Positions 19,065 through 29,123 of a stretch of 64,000 nucleotides of DNA are shown here, in pieces. The stretch spans positions 92,681-156,680 of the forward strand of contig JBGSOG010000046.1 in the NCBI GenBank assembly GCA_041739225.1, read 5' to 3'. The position numbers were made by a program, and so were the translations under genes. The stretch's first letter is position 1; each line of letters begins with the position of its first letter. This DNA is from Rhizobiaceae bacterium. GTDB taxonomy: Bacteria > Pseudomonadota > Alphaproteobacteria > Rhizobiales > Rhizobiaceae. Below the pieces are notes generated by a model that saw nothing but the letters and a program-made list of their open reading frames with translations, was not told the DNA's origin and searched no databases.

Positions 19065-20882
19065 CTATCCGCTGACCGCTTCGCGCAGCATTTCCAGTTC
19101 GAGCCACGCCTCTTCTTTCTGCGCGAGTTCTTTTTCGCGAAGGGACAGCGCCGTGGTGGTGGCGTCAAACTTCTTGCGGTCTTTTGCGTAGAGTTTCGGG
19201 TCTTCAAGGATGCGCTTCAGTTTGGCGATTTCGCGCTCCAGCGCCGAAATTTCACCGGGCAGGTTTTCCAGCGCGAATTTCTGTTTGAAGGACAGTTTCC
19301 CAGGTTTTGAGGGGTTTTGGCGGGACCCTGATCCTGACGCTTCGCCCTTGTCTTTTTGGGAGGAACCGTTTGCCGATTTGCGTGCGCCTACGCCGGAGCC
19401 TTTTTGGGTGACCATGTCACTGTAGCCGCCGGCATAGGTTTTCCAAATACCATCGCCATCCGAGGCAATGACAGAGGTGCAGGTACGATCAATGAAGTCG
19501 CGGTCATGGCTGACCAAAAGCACGGTGCCGGAATAGTCGGCAATGAACTCCTGCAACAGATCCAGCGTTTCAAGGTCGAGATCGTTGGTTGGCTCGTCCA
19601 GCACCAGCAAGTTGGACGGTTTGGCAAGACCGCGGGCCAGCAGCAGCCTGCCGCGTTCGCCGCCTGAAAGCACATGCACCGGCGTGCCGGCCTGTTCGGG
19701 CGAGAACAGGAAATCCTTCATGTAGCTCATCACATGCTTGGCTTCACCGCCAACATGGACGGTATCGCCACTGCCGCCGGTCAGCGCTTCACGCAGGGTC
19801 CATTCCGGTTTCAACGCTTCGCGCTTCTGGTCGATGACAAGGGTTTCCAGCCCGATTCCCAGGCGGACATCGCCGCTGTCCTGCCGGATCGTCCCGGTAA
19901 TCAGCCCGATCAGCGTCGTTTTGCCAGCACCGTTGGGGCCAACAATGCCGACGCGGTCGCCTCGGTTGATCATAACCGACAGGTCGCCGACAATTTGCCG
20001 CTCACCAAAGGATTTTGTCACCCTGTCCAGCTTGGCGACGAGCTTGCCGGAAGCGTCGCTGTCGCTGGCCGTGATCTTCACATTGCCTTCGACGTTTCTG
20101 GCGTTGGAAACTTTTCGCCGCAAATCCGACAATTCGTGCACACGCCGCATGTTGCGCTTGCGCCTGCCGGAAACCCCGTGAACAATCCAGTGCTGTTCGC
20201 GCTCGATCTTGCGGCCAAGTTTGTGACGTTCGGCTTCTTCTTCTTCAAGAAACTTGTCGCGCCAGTCTTCAAACTCGCCAAAGCCAAAATCGAGACTGCG
20301 TGACATGCCGCGATCCATCCAGACCGTGCGGCGGGTAAGCCGATCAAGAAACCGGCGATCATGGCTGATCAGCAGCAGGGCAGAGCGAGAGCGCGCCAGC
20401 TCGTTTTCCAACCATTCGATGGCGGGAAGATCAAGGTGGTTGGTCGGTTCATCCAGCAACAGGATATCGGGCTCGGGGGCAAGCGTTCGCGCCAGTGCGG
20501 CGCGTCGCGATTCCCCGCCGGACAGCTTTGCCGGGTCTTCCTCGCCAGTCATGCCAAGCGATTCCAGCAATATTCTGGCCCGGTGCGGATCATCCCCCGG
20601 AGCAAGTCCGGCTTCGACATAAGCCATGACATCGCGGTGTCCGGACAGGTCTGGCTCCTGCGGCAGATAGCGGGTGGTAACGCCCGGCTGCAGGAATCGG
20701 GTGCCCGAATCAGCTTCAATCATGCCGGCAGCAATTTTCATGAGTGTGGATTTGCCTGAGCCATTGCGCCCGACCAATGAAATGCGGTCGCGCGCTTCGA
20801 TTGAAAAGCCAGCGCCCTCAAGCAACGGTGTGCCGCCAAAGGTCAGGCGAATGTCTTCCAGATACAGAATCGGGGGGGCCAT
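19065..20882 (-). CDS. ABC-F family ATPase (Uup/YheS-like)
   Basis: Two cassettes without TM domains: GRNGSGKST...LSGGESRR...LLLDEPTNHLD and GPNGAGKTT...LSGGERGR...LVLDEPTNDLD. There is a C-terminal coiled-coil tail. Confidence 0.9.
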   Translation of the reverse strand: MAPPILYLEDIRLTFGGTPLLEGAGFSIEARDRISLVGRNGSGKSTLMKIAAGMIEADSGTRFLQPGVTTRYLPQEPDLSGHRDVMAYVEAGLAPGDDPHRARILLESLGMTGEEDPAKLSGGESRRAALARTLAPEPDILLLDEPTNHLDLPAIEWLENELARSRSALLLISHDRRFLDRLTRRTVWMDRGMSRSLDFGFGEFEDWRDKFLEEEEAERHKLGRKIEREQHWIVHGVSGRRKRNMRRVHELSDLRRKVSNARNVEGNVKITASDSDASGKLVAKLDRVTKSFGERQIVGDLSVMINRGDRVGIVGPNGAGKTTLIGLITGTIRQDSGDVRLGIGLETLVIDQKREALKPEWTLREALTGGSGDTVHVGGEAKHVMSYMKDFLFSPEQAGTPVHVLSGGERGRLLLARGLAKPSNLLVLDEPTNDLDLETLDLLQEFIADYSGTVLLVSHDRDFIDRTCTSVIASDGDGIWKTYAGGYSDMVTQKGSGVGARKSANGSSQKDKGEASGSGSRQNPSKPGKLSFKQKFALENLPGEISALEREIAKLKRILEDPKLYAKDRKKFDATTTALSLREKELAQKEEAWLELEMLREAVSG

Positions 20883-21032
20883 GGTACGCCGGGTCCAAAT
20901 TTTCAGGATTGTTACGTTGCTCTTTGCCCGACCGTGCGCATGAATTCAATTGCCGATCTGCCAGCAGCAGGCCGGTTGGCATACAAACTGCCAAAATCTC
21001 CGCGACATTGTGCGCAAATTGCCCTGAAACCC

Positions 21033-21061
21033 TTGAAATGGCACAGGGCGGGGAATATGAC
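21033..21061 (+). promoter_or_regulatory. Candidate sigma-70-type promoter for petABC
   Basis: TTGAAA-17 nt-TATGAC, about 90 nt upstream of the petA GTG start. This is a pattern match only. Confidence 0.25.
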
Positions 21062-21149
21062 ACCGGATAGTCGGTCAACATGTGATCGAAAAAAGTGCTT
21101 CCGCTTCCTCCCGCGTGGCGAGCACACCTAACGAACAAGGAAGATTCCC

Positions 21150-21722
21150 GTGAGCGCTGAAAATACGGCCAGCTTGAGCGAACCCACAAGACGCGACTTT
21201 TTGTACATTGCGACCGGTGCCATGGGCGCAGTGGGCGCTGCGGCAACGGTTTGGCCATTCATTGACCAAATGAATCCGGATGCTTCGACACGAGCGCTGG
21301 CCTCAATCGAAGTGGATGTTTCGTCCATTGCGGAAGGGCAGGCGATTACCGTCAAATGGCGCGGAAAACCGGTTTTCATTCGCAACCGGACGGCTGCCGA
21401 GATTGAAGAAGCCAAGGCGACTGCGCTTGCCGATCTCAAGGATCCGCTGGCGGAGAACGCCAATCTGGACCCGACAGCGCAAGCTACTGTTGAAAATCGC
21501 TCGGGTGGAGAAGGCAAGGAAAACTGGGTGGTCATGATCGGTTCCTGCACCCATCTGGGCTGTGTTCCGGTCGGTACAGCCGGTGATTTCGGCGGCTGGT
21601 TCTGCCCGTGCCATGGCTCGCACTACGACACCGCCGGCCGCATCCGCAAAGGACCTGCGCCACGCAATCTGGACATTCCGGTGTTCGCGTTCACATCCGA
21701 CACCACCTTGAAAATTGGCTAA
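21150..21722 (+). CDS. petA: Ubiquinol-cytochrome c reductase Rieske iron-sulfur subunit
   Basis: CTHLGCVP and CPCHGSHYD Rieske boxes, a twin-arginine-like TRRDFLY N-terminus, and a GTG start preceded by AAGGAAG. Confidence 0.95.
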   Translation: MSAENTASLSEPTRRDFLYIATGAMGAVGAAATVWPFIDQMNPDASTRALASIEVDVSSIAEGQAITVKWRGKPVFIRNRTAAEIEEAKATALADLKDPLAENANLDPTAQATVENRSGGEGKENWVVMIGSCTHLGCVPVGTAGDFGGWFCPCHGSHYDTAGRIRKGPAPRNLDIPVFAFTSDTTLKIG

Positions 21723-21743
21723 GGGCTTAAAGGAAATCTGACG

Positions 21744-23057
21744 ATGAGTGCTGGTCATTCGAGCTACAATCCAAAGTCGGGCGTGATGAAGTGGCTGGAC
21801 GAGCGGCTTCCGCTGCCACGCCTTGTCTATGACAGCTTTGTTTCATATCCGGTGCCTAAGAACCTCAACAGCTGGTACACTTTTGGTGGCATCCTTTCGA
21901 TCATGCTGGTGGTTCAGATACTCACCGGCGTGGTTTTGGCCATGCACTATGTTGCAAATGCCGGCATGGCATTCGAAAGCGTAGAGCACATCATGCGCGA
22001 CGTGAATTATGGCTGGCTGATGCGCCGGCTTCACGCCAACGGTGCCTCGATGTTCTTCATTGCCGTCTACATCCACATTTTCCGTGGCATGTATTACGGC
22101 TCGTACAAGAACCCTCGCGAAGTGCTTTGGATTCTCGGCGTATTGATCTTCTTCCTGATGATGGCGACCGCCTTCATGGGATACGTGCTGCCATGGGGCC
22201 AGATGAGCTTCTGGGGCGCGACCGTCATCACCGGCTTCTTTTCGGCCATTCCGTGGATCGGGACCACCATCCAGGAATTCCTTCTGGGTGGTTATGCGGT
22301 CGACAACGCAACACTCAACCGGTTCTTCTCGCTGCATTACCTGCTGCCGTTCATGATTGCCGGTGTTGTCATTCTGCACGTCTGGGCGCTGCATGTAACC
22401 GGCCAGACCAATCCGACCGGTGTTGAAGTCAAGGACATCAAGAAGGAAACCGTTCCGTTCACGCCATATGCGACCATCAAGGACGCCTTGGCACTGGTCC
22501 TGTTCTTCATGGTTTTCGCGTGGTTCGTGTTCTATCTACCCGACTACATGGGACATCCGGACAATTATGTTCCGGCAAACCCGCTGAAGACTCCGGCCCA
22601 CATTGTGCCAGAATGGTATTTCCTGCCGTTCTACGCAATTCTGCGCGCCATCACGTTCAACATCTCCATCCCGTTCACCGACATTGTGTTGATCGATTCC
22701 AAGCTCGGCGGCGTCATCGCGATGTTTGCCTCGATTGCCGTGCTGTTCGTGTTGCCGTGGCTAGATACTTCGAAAGTACGCTCGGCTGATTACCGCCCGA
22801 TATTCCGCCAGTTTTTCTGGATATTCGCCATCGTGTGCGTGATCCTTGGCTGGCTCGGGTCGCGTCCGGCAGAGGGCATCTATCCAAAGCTGTCGCTGAT
22901 CTTCACAATCTACTACTTCGCGCATTTCTTCGTCATTCTGCCGCTGGTGGGGTGGTTTGAAACGCCGAAGGCACGCCCGGCAAGCATTGCCGATGCGATT
23001 CTTGAACAGAAGAAAAAGAAGTACGGCAAAACGGTTTCGGCTCAGCCGGCGGAATGA
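21744..23057 (+). CDS. petB: Cytochrome b
   Basis: 437 aa with the typical bc1 cytochrome b sequence ([26 protein letters not shown]...[13 protein letters not shown]). Confidence 0.95.
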   Translation: MSAGHSSYNPKSGVMKWLDERLPLPRLVYDSFVSYPVPKNLNSWYTFGGILSIMLVVQILTGVVLAMHYVANAGMAFESVEHIMRDVNYGWLMRRLHANGASMFFIAVYIHIFRGMYYGSYKNPREVLWILGVLIFFLMMATAFMGYVLPWGQMSFWGATVITGFFSAIPWIGTTIQEFLLGGYAVDNATLNRFFSLHYLLPFMIAGVVILHVWALHVTGQTNPTGVEVKDIKKETVPFTPYATIKDALALVLFFMVFAWFVFYLPDYMGHPDNYVPANPLKTPAHIVPEWYFLPFYAILRAITFNISIPFTDIVLIDSKLGGVIAMFASIAVLFVLPWLDTSKVRSADYRPIFRQFFWIFAIVCVILGWLGSRPAEGIYPKLSLIFTIYYFAHFFVILPLVGWFETPKARPASIADAILEQKKKKYGKTVSAQPAE

Positions 23058-23956
23058 AAAACCAACATCCGGGAAAAAAGAACATGAAACTCATCAAGAT
23101 CATTTCCGGTGTTGGGCTTGCGGCAATCGTCGCTTTTTCCAGCGGAGTGTCTCTCGCGGCAGAAGAGGGCGGGGCTGGCCATGCACCGACCCATTTTCCG
23201 ATGAAGCCGGTCAAGCAGGTAGAATGGAGCTTTGCCGGCCCTTTCGGTCACTGGGACATTGGCCAGCTGCAGCGCGGCCTGAAAGTCTACAAGGAAGTCT
23301 GCTCGGCCTGCCATTCATTGAAGTATGTGGCGTTCCGCAATCTGGCCGATCTTGGTTACGACGAAGGGCAGATCAAGGCATTTGCTGCGGAGTACACGGT
23401 GACCGACGGTCCGAACGCCGACGGTGAAATGTTTGAACGCCCGGCAGTGCCGAGCGACCGCTTCCCTTCGCCTTTCGCCAATGATGAAGCGGCGGCGGCG
23501 GCAAACAACGGTGCGGCTCCGCCGGATATGTCGTTGCTTGCCAAGGCACGCGCAGTTGAACGAGGCTTTCCATGGTTCATATTCGACGTTTTCACGCTCT
23601 ATGCAGAAAACGGACCGGACTACATCTACTCATTGCTGACCGGATATGAAGAAGCTCCGGCGGGAATGGAAATGCCGGAAGGCGGCAATTACAATCCGCA
23701 CTTCATCAGCGGGATGTCGATTGCGATGTCCAACCCGCTGTCGGACGGTGTTGTGGAATATGATGACGGTTCGCCAGCAACCGTTGATCAGTATTCGAGA
23801 GATGTCTCGGCTTTCCTGATGTGGGCGGCAGAACCGAACCTTGTCGAGCGCAAGGCGCTTGGTTTCCGGGTTTTCGTGTTTCTGTCGATCTTTGCCGCGC
23901 TGCTGTATTTTGCCCGCCAGGCGGTCTGGTCAGACGTCAAAGGCAAGACGGCCTGA
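23054..23956 (+). CDS. petC: Cytochrome c1
   Basis: CSACHSLKY heme-binding motif and a C-terminal TM anchor. The ATG at 23054 overlaps the petB stop (ATGA). The alternative start is 23084 (MKLIKIISG...). Confidence 0.9.
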   Translation: MKNQHPGKKNMKLIKIISGVGLAAIVAFSSGVSLAAEEGGAGHAPTHFPMKPVKQVEWSFAGPFGHWDIGQLQRGLKVYKEVCSACHSLKYVAFRNLADLGYDEGQIKAFAAEYTVTDGPNADGEMFERPAVPSDRFPSPFANDEAAAAANNGAAPPDMSLLAKARAVERGFPWFIFDVFTLYAENGPDYIYSLLTGYEEAPAGMEMPEGGNYNPHFISGMSIAMSNPLSDGVVEYDDGSPATVDQYSRDVSAFLMWAAEPNLVERKALGFRVFVFLSIFAALLYFARQAVWSDVKGKTA

Positions 23957-23981
23957 TCTGACTATCCATTGACGAAACGAC

Positions 23982-24016
23982 AAAAAAGGCCTTGCTGTGC
24001 GAGGCCTTTTTTATTT
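23982..24016 (+). terminator. Rho-independent terminator after petC
   Basis: AAAAAAGGCCT-tgctgtgcg-AGGCCTTTTTTATTT. Confidence 0.8.
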
Positions 24017-24059
24017 CTTTGTATCCGAACTTAAAGTGGCCCAAGGGGATTGTAGCATC

Positions 24060-24605
24060 GTGGACAAATCGGTTGATCAAACATTGCGCGATTCAATCCG
24101 CACCATCGCCGACTACCCCAAGCCCGGGATCATGTTCCGCGACATCACGACGTTGTTGAACCAGCCAAGGGCGTTTCGACGGGCAGTGGACGAATTGGTC
24201 CATCCCTATTCCGGCACCGGGATTGAGCAGGTTGCCGGCATAGAGGCACGCGGGTTCATTCTTGGTGGCGCTATCGCCCACCAGCTTTCAGCCGGGTTCG
24301 TGCCGATCCGCAAGAAGGGAAAGCTTCCGCACGAGACAGTGCGCATTGCCTACAGCCTCGAATATGGCGTTGACGAAATGGAAATGCACCGCGATGCTAT
24401 CCGGCCTGGCGAAAAAGTGCTGCTGGTTGACGATCTGATTGCCACCGGCGGAACTGCGCAAGGCGCAGTGAAGCTGCTGCAGCAGATGGGTGCCAATGTG
24501 GTTGCGGCCTGTTTCGTGATCGACTTGCCGGAACTGGGTGGCAGGGCAAAGATCGAGGCACTGGGTGTTCCGGTTCGCACGCTGATAGCGTTTGACGGGC
24601 ATTGA
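24060..24605 (+). CDS. apt: Adenine phosphoribosyltransferase
   Basis: [18 protein letters not shown] and [14 protein letters not shown] (PRPP-binding). The start is set at GTG 24060 because the track ATG at 23997 lies inside the petC terminator hairpin. Confidence 0.9.
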   Translation: MDKSVDQTLRDSIRTIADYPKPGIMFRDITTLLNQPRAFRRAVDELVHPYSGTGIEQVAGIEARGFILGGAIAHQLSAGFVPIRKKGKLPHETVRIAYSLEYGVDEMEMHRDAIRPGEKVLLVDDLIATGGTAQGAVKLLQQMGANVVAACFVIDLPELGGRAKIEALGVPVRTLIAFDGH

Positions 24606-24698
24606 CCAAAGCCCCTGCGACACTTGACCTGTATCAAGTCGTCTTCTGGCAACCTATACTATATTAGCGATACCTTAATTAATGATTGGAGAATTCCC

Positions 24699-24905
24699 AT
24701 GTTCAAGACCAATGAAGGCACCATCGACCGCGCCCTTCGCATCATTGCAGGCGTTGTACTGCTTGCCCTGTTCTTCATCTATCCAAACGCCAGCTGGCGC
24801 TATTTCACGCTGATCGGCATCGTGCCGCTGGCGACCGGATTGCTGGGCAGCTGCCCTGTCTATTCACTGCTTGGCATGTCGACCTGCCCGATGAAAAAGG
24901 CCTGA
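24699..24905 (+). CDS. DUF2892 (YgaP-like) small membrane protein
   Basis: MFKTNEGTIDRALRIIAGVVLLAL...GLLGSCPVYSLLGMSTC. GGAG lies upstream of the ATG at 24699. Confidence 0.7.
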   Translation: MFKTNEGTIDRALRIIAGVVLLALFFIYPNASWRYFTLIGIVPLATGLLGSCPVYSLLGMSTCPMKKA

Positions 24906-25047
24906 ACCTTTAGTGGTTGATTGAGAAAATGAAAAATGCCGGTACCGCAAGGTAGAGCACCGAGGCAAAAGCCAATGCCAGGCGGAGCCACAAATTGCGG
25001 TATCGGCGAAACAAAACCACGACAAGCATCAGTCCGATAGCCGCTTC

Positions 25048-25545
25048 TTAAAGTCCGAACCAGTTGCCAAAATGGTTGGGGTCCCAATAGGACACCGGCG
25101 AGCGAAACCGCCATTGTGTGAGCGGCCACAAGTGCATGTGGGCGTCATTTCGGTGGCACAGAAAATCAATGACAGAGTGCAGCAGCGCGGACCCGGAAAA
25201 CGCAAAAACCAGCGCTGCATCCGGGCGGACCGGGCGTTTGCCCGGAAAACTCGTTGGGTCATATGAACGAAACGGGTTGGCTGAAAGCATCAAACCGCTC
25301 ACCACGGTCAAAACACCCCAAAGCAGGAAATTGTGGCCGATTGCATTGGCGACCTGCCACCAATGCTCCCAATAGAGCTTGCCGAAAATCTGCTCGAAAT
25401 CGTAGCCAGCCATTCGCAATCCACCGACAATGGCAAACATCGGCAAATCTGGCACAATGCCGCCCAAAGCCCCGGCGACTGCAAAACGGGGTAGGGGGCG
25501 GCCGAAAAGCGCTGCACCCATCAGCATGTGCGTTTGTGTGTTCAT
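25048..25545 (-). CDS. Membrane-bound metal-dependent hydrolase (YdjM/DUF457-like)
   Basis: 165 aa. MNTQTHMLMGAALFG..., hydrophobic with conserved His residues. This is family-level recognition only. Confidence 0.5.
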   Translation of the reverse strand: MNTQTHMLMGAALFGRPLPRFAVAGALGGIVPDLPMFAIVGGLRMAGYDFEQIFGKLYWEHWWQVANAIGHNFLLWGVLTVVSGLMLSANPFRSYDPTSFPGKRPVRPDAALVFAFSGSALLHSVIDFLCHRNDAHMHLWPLTQWRFRSPVSYWDPNHFGNWFGL

Positions 25546-25633
25546 GGCCTTGACGTTGCCTGGGGTTGAAAGGGCGAACTACCTCCACCTTGCGCAATTG
25601 CAGGCACAGCCACAACCGCTCGGCAGATGAAAT

Positions 25634-26875
25634 TTAGTTCATCAAGCCGAAGCGCGCGGAAATGTCGATTGCCAGAACTGCAAGGCAGGCGATGAAGGCA
25701 GCAAGACCCCAGTAGCGCCATTTGCGAGCGAGAGGATGGCCGCCCTGATTGCCAAGTCGCCACAGTGACAGGTTTACCAGTGCAAAAACTGCGATAACAA
25801 CCGAACTGGTTGCCCCCGCCAATGCGGCAATAGGGAACAGCAACGCCAGTGCGAGGACGACGCCAGCAACTCCAAAGGTGGCGAGGGCAGGGGTCCGGCG
25901 AACTTTGTTCACCTTGCCGAATATGGTTGGAGCCAGGCCTTCATTGGCCATGCCGTAGAGAACACGGGCTGCCATCACGATCTGCACCAAAATGCCGTTG
26001 GTCATCGCCAATGCCGCAATCACCGACACCGGCGCGCTATCCATCCCGGTCAACCGATTGAACAGCAAGGCGACCGGTGCTTGCGCCCCAGCGATTTCAT
26101 CACGGGCCGGGGATGATACGGCAACCAGGGCCAGCAGCACATAAAGCACCAGCGTGATCGCAAGCGTCCACAGGATTGCAAGGGGAATGGTGCGCTCTGG
26201 GTCAATGGTTTCCTCGGCCATGTTTTCGATGTCTTCAAAGCCGATGAACGCGAAAAACGCCAGCAGAGCCGCCCCGATGACAGGCATGAACGGCAGGCCT
26301 GACGTGCCGAGAATTGCTTGCGGGAACTCAAGCGTCGCTAGTCCGGGCAGCCCTGCCGCAATGATGAAAATCAGGGTTGCGACCTCGACGAAGGTGATTG
26401 CAGCGGCAAAGGTGACGCTCTCGCGAATGCCACGGGCTGCAATCAGCGCCAAAAACAGCAGCAAACCAGCCAAGAGCACCGGTTGCGGCAAGGTTGTAAA
26501 TTGCCGCGCATACCCGGTGAAAGCGATGGAGATGGCAGCGCTCGATACGATCGCGATGGTGACAACAGCGTACCCCACCAACTTTGCCCATACCGGGCCG
26601 AGCCCGTGGTGAACGAAAACCGCCTCGCCGCCCGCCTTGGGATATATGCGAACCAGCAAGGCATAGGACAAGCCGGTTGCGCCGGCGATGGCCCCGGCAA
26701 AAAGAAACGCCAGTGGCGCGCGATCACCGGCCAAAGCAATAACTTCGCCGATCAACGCGAAAATGCCCGCGCCGACCGTCACGCCAAGGCCGTAGAAAAC
26801 CAGCCAAGGCAAGGTCAGGGTTCGGTTAAGGCGGGGATTTGCAAGTTTTTCCAGCATGGCAGGAGCATTGCCCAA
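25634..26875 (-). CDS. APC-family amino acid permease
   Basis: 413 aa with 12 TM helices. The N-terminal LPWLVFYGLGVTVGAGIFALIGEV is typical of APC transporters. Confidence 0.8.
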   Translation of the reverse strand: MGNAPAMLEKLANPRLNRTLTLPWLVFYGLGVTVGAGIFALIGEVIALAGDRAPLAFLFAGAIAGATGLSYALLVRIYPKAGGEAVFVHHGLGPVWAKLVGYAVVTIAIVSSAAISIAFTGYARQFTTLPQPVLLAGLLLFLALIAARGIRESVTFAAAITFVEVATLIFIIAAGLPGLATLEFPQAILGTSGLPFMPVIGAALLAFFAFIGFEDIENMAEETIDPERTIPLAILWTLAITLVLYVLLALVAVSSPARDEIAGAQAPVALLFNRLTGMDSAPVSVIAALAMTNGILVQIVMAARVLYGMANEGLAPTIFGKVNKVRRTPALATFGVAGVVLALALLFPIAALAGATSSVVIAVFALVNLSLWRLGNQGGHPLARKWRYWGLAAFIACLAVLAIDISARFGLMN

Positions 26876-26986
26876 ATTTCACTGCAAGGATGTGATCGGT
26901 ATCAACCATCCGGGCTTTTATTGGTGTGCAATGGTCCGGCAATGTGCTTCAAGGTCGAAGCTTGAATTGAAATCCCGGAGGCAGGA

Positions 26987-28078
26987 ATGTCGGCAGCATA
27001 TCGCGCAGTTGATGAAGCGCTTAGCGAGGGCATCTTGTCCAATGAACAGGCAGGGCGGCTCAAGATCCTGTTTGCCAGCCATGGCGTGGTTGAAGCAGCC
27101 GGGCGCGCTGCATCGCCTGAAATCGACACCGACAGCGAAGCGCCGCGTTTCCTGCGCGGTTTTCACGACATCCTTATCACCATTGGCGTGGTTGCGGCGC
27201 TGGCCGGTTTGTGGGGCGTTGCTTCGGCAGGCGCGATGGGATCGTTCATTGGTCCGGTGGTCACGTTGATTGCGATCATACCACTGGCAGAATTTCTGGT
27301 GTTCCGCCAAAGGCTGGCGTTGCCAGCCTTTGTGCTGACCGTGTTCACGGTTGTTGCCGCCGGTTATCTGGGCGAAGCATTGTCCGGCGACATCAAGTTC
27401 CGCTTTGGTGAGGAGGCCGGCGGCGCGTTGGCCGCGCTGCTTGCGTTCGGCGCACTTGTGCCATTTTACTGGCGCTACAAAGTCCCGGTCGCGCTGGCGG
27501 CGATGATTGCGGCAGCGGCAGGAACGGCATTCCTGACGGTACTCACCTTGGTTGCCGGATCGAGCGAGGCACCATCGCCGCGCCTCGTTGGTCTGCTTGG
27601 TTTTGTGTTTGCCGCCGGGCTGTTTGCTGCAGCCATGTGGTTTGACCTGTCCGACCGGCTGCGCCGCACCCGACGCTCCGATGTGGCGTTCTGGCTGCAC
27701 ATGATTGCCGCTCCGTCGCTGCTCTATTCGGCCTTTGCCATGGTGTTCGGCATCAGCGGCTTCAACAACAGCGATGCGCCTGCGCCACAGATGGAAACCG
27801 CGCTGATGGCACTTGGCATCATCGTGGTCTTGATGCTGGTCGGCGTTATCATCGATCGCCGGGCTTTCGTGACATCCGGCCTGATCTCGCTGGGCGTGGC
27901 GCTGTATGCGCTGTTTTACCAGGTCGGCATTTCGGCAAGCGGATTGACGCCATTTGTGGTGCTGATGGTGGGTGTCACGGTGTTGTTGCTCGGGACGGGC
28001 TGGGTGCGGCTGCGCTCTTTGATGCTCACGGCATTTCCGGCATCGCTGCGCGAAAAACTACCCCCGGCCAAGCGCTGA
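26987..28078 (+). CDS. Polytopic membrane protein (DUF2157-like N-terminus)
   Basis: 363 aa. A soluble N-terminal segment (EGILSNEQAGRLKILF) is followed by about 9 TM helices. The family assignment is tentative. Confidence 0.5.
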   Translation: MSAAYRAVDEALSEGILSNEQAGRLKILFASHGVVEAAGRAASPEIDTDSEAPRFLRGFHDILITIGVVAALAGLWGVASAGAMGSFIGPVVTLIAIIPLAEFLVFRQRLALPAFVLTVFTVVAAGYLGEALSGDIKFRFGEEAGGALAALLAFGALVPFYWRYKVPVALAAMIAAAAGTAFLTVLTLVAGSSEAPSPRLVGLLGFVFAAGLFAAAMWFDLSDRLRRTRRSDVAFWLHMIAAPSLLYSAFAMVFGISGFNNSDAPAPQMETALMALGIIVVLMLVGVIIDRRAFVTSGLISLGVALYALFYQVGISASGLTPFVVLMVGVTVLLLGTGWVRLRSLMLTAFPASLREKLPPAKR

Positions 28079-28094
28079 CAAGGCCGCATGAATC

Positions 28095-29123
28095 ATGGCG
28101 AGGATCTTTCATCCAACCGATTTCACGCAGGCCAGCCTCACAGCGTTCCACCATGCGCTGCGGCTTTCGTTTGATGGCGAACTGACGCTGATTCATGTTC
28201 ATCCAAGAGGCAACGACGGCGACCTTGCTGATTTCCCCAAGGTGCGCGACACGCTGGAGCACTGGAAGTCCGGTGGCCTGGCCATGGCGAACTTGCCAAA
28301 AGTGCTCAAGGTCAAGGCTGAAGGGAACCATGTGGCCGCTGCCCTCGATGCGGACCTGCGCCGCCATCCGGCAGAACTGGTGGTTCTGGCCTGTCACCCG
28401 CGCGAGGGTATTTCGGCCTGGCTGAAACCGTCAATCTCGCAGGAATTCGTTCGCCGCACGCGCGCACCGGCGCTGTTCGTGCCGGAGGGCGTTTCCGGCT
28501 TTGTGCGCGCTGATGGCTCGATCAAACTCGATACCGTCCTTGTTCCGGTGGCTGGTGAACCTGATCCGCAAATAGCATTGGATGCGGCACATGCGCTGTT
28601 TGCCGCGCTCGGGCATCAACCGAAACTGGTGGTGCTGGTCCATGCCGGGCTGGAGCTGCTGTCGCCGCTTCCGGCGATGCCGCACAATGCCAATCATGGT
28701 CTGGAATCCGTGACGATCGAAGCTGAACCGGTCGAGGCGATCTCGCAGGCATCTGCCGAATTCCGGCCCGATCTCATCGTCATGACCAGTGCCGGCCATG
28801 ACGGCTTTCTCGACGCGCTGCGCGGCTCGACCACAGAACAGGTGATCCGTCGCGCGCCATGCCCGGTATTGGTGGAACCCGCACCGGATTATGGCGCGGC
28901 ATCGGCGGTGCAGGAAATTTCGCCCCATCAACAGGTTGCAAGCCTGGGGCAAGTCTCCTTATGTATGCAAGGGGAAAAGGGGCCGGGGCATGGAAAGCGA
29001 GACTGCGAAAACGATTGTGGAGATTTGGGGCTGGAAGTTCGGGCTGTCGGAACTGTTGGCGGTCGCCGGATTGGTCGCTGCCGTTCTGGTTCCCTATCAT
29101 CTATTCTACAAGCAACGGCCTAG
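28095..29123 (+). CDS. Tandem universal stress protein (UspA-family); 3' end uncertain
   Basis: There are two USP-like halves (...ELTLIHVHP...ALFVPEG and ...LVVLVHAG...MTSAGHDGFLDALRGSTTEQVIRRAPCPVLVEP). USP domains normally end soon after the PVLV motif. Here the frame stays open to 29123. The last 44 codons have only 17/44 G/C at third positions and overlap a better-looking frame. Confidence 0.65.
   Translation: MARIFHPTDFTQASLTAFHHALRLSFDGELTLIHVHPRGNDGDLADFPKVRDTLEHWKSGGLAMANLPKVLKVKAEGNHVAAALDADLRRHPAELVVLACHPREGISAWLKPSISQEFVRRTRAPALFVPEGVSGFVRADGSIKLDTVLVPVAGEPDPQIALDAAHALFAALGHQPKLVVLVHAGLELLSPLPAMPHNANHGLESVTIEAEPVEAISQASAEFRPDLIVMTSAGHDGFLDALRGSTTEQVIRRAPCPVLVEPAPDYGAASAVQEISPHQQVASLGQVSLCMQGEKGPGHGKRDCENDCGDLGLEVRAVGTVGGRRIGRCRSGSLSSILQATA

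Noticed and set aside
23997-24059. The track starts apt at ATG 23997, which would give an N-terminus [21 protein letters not shown].
   Set aside because: This ATG lies inside the petC terminator hairpin (23982-24016), and the extra residues are not APRT-like. The in-frame GTG at 24060 gives a normal-length apt of about 181 aa.
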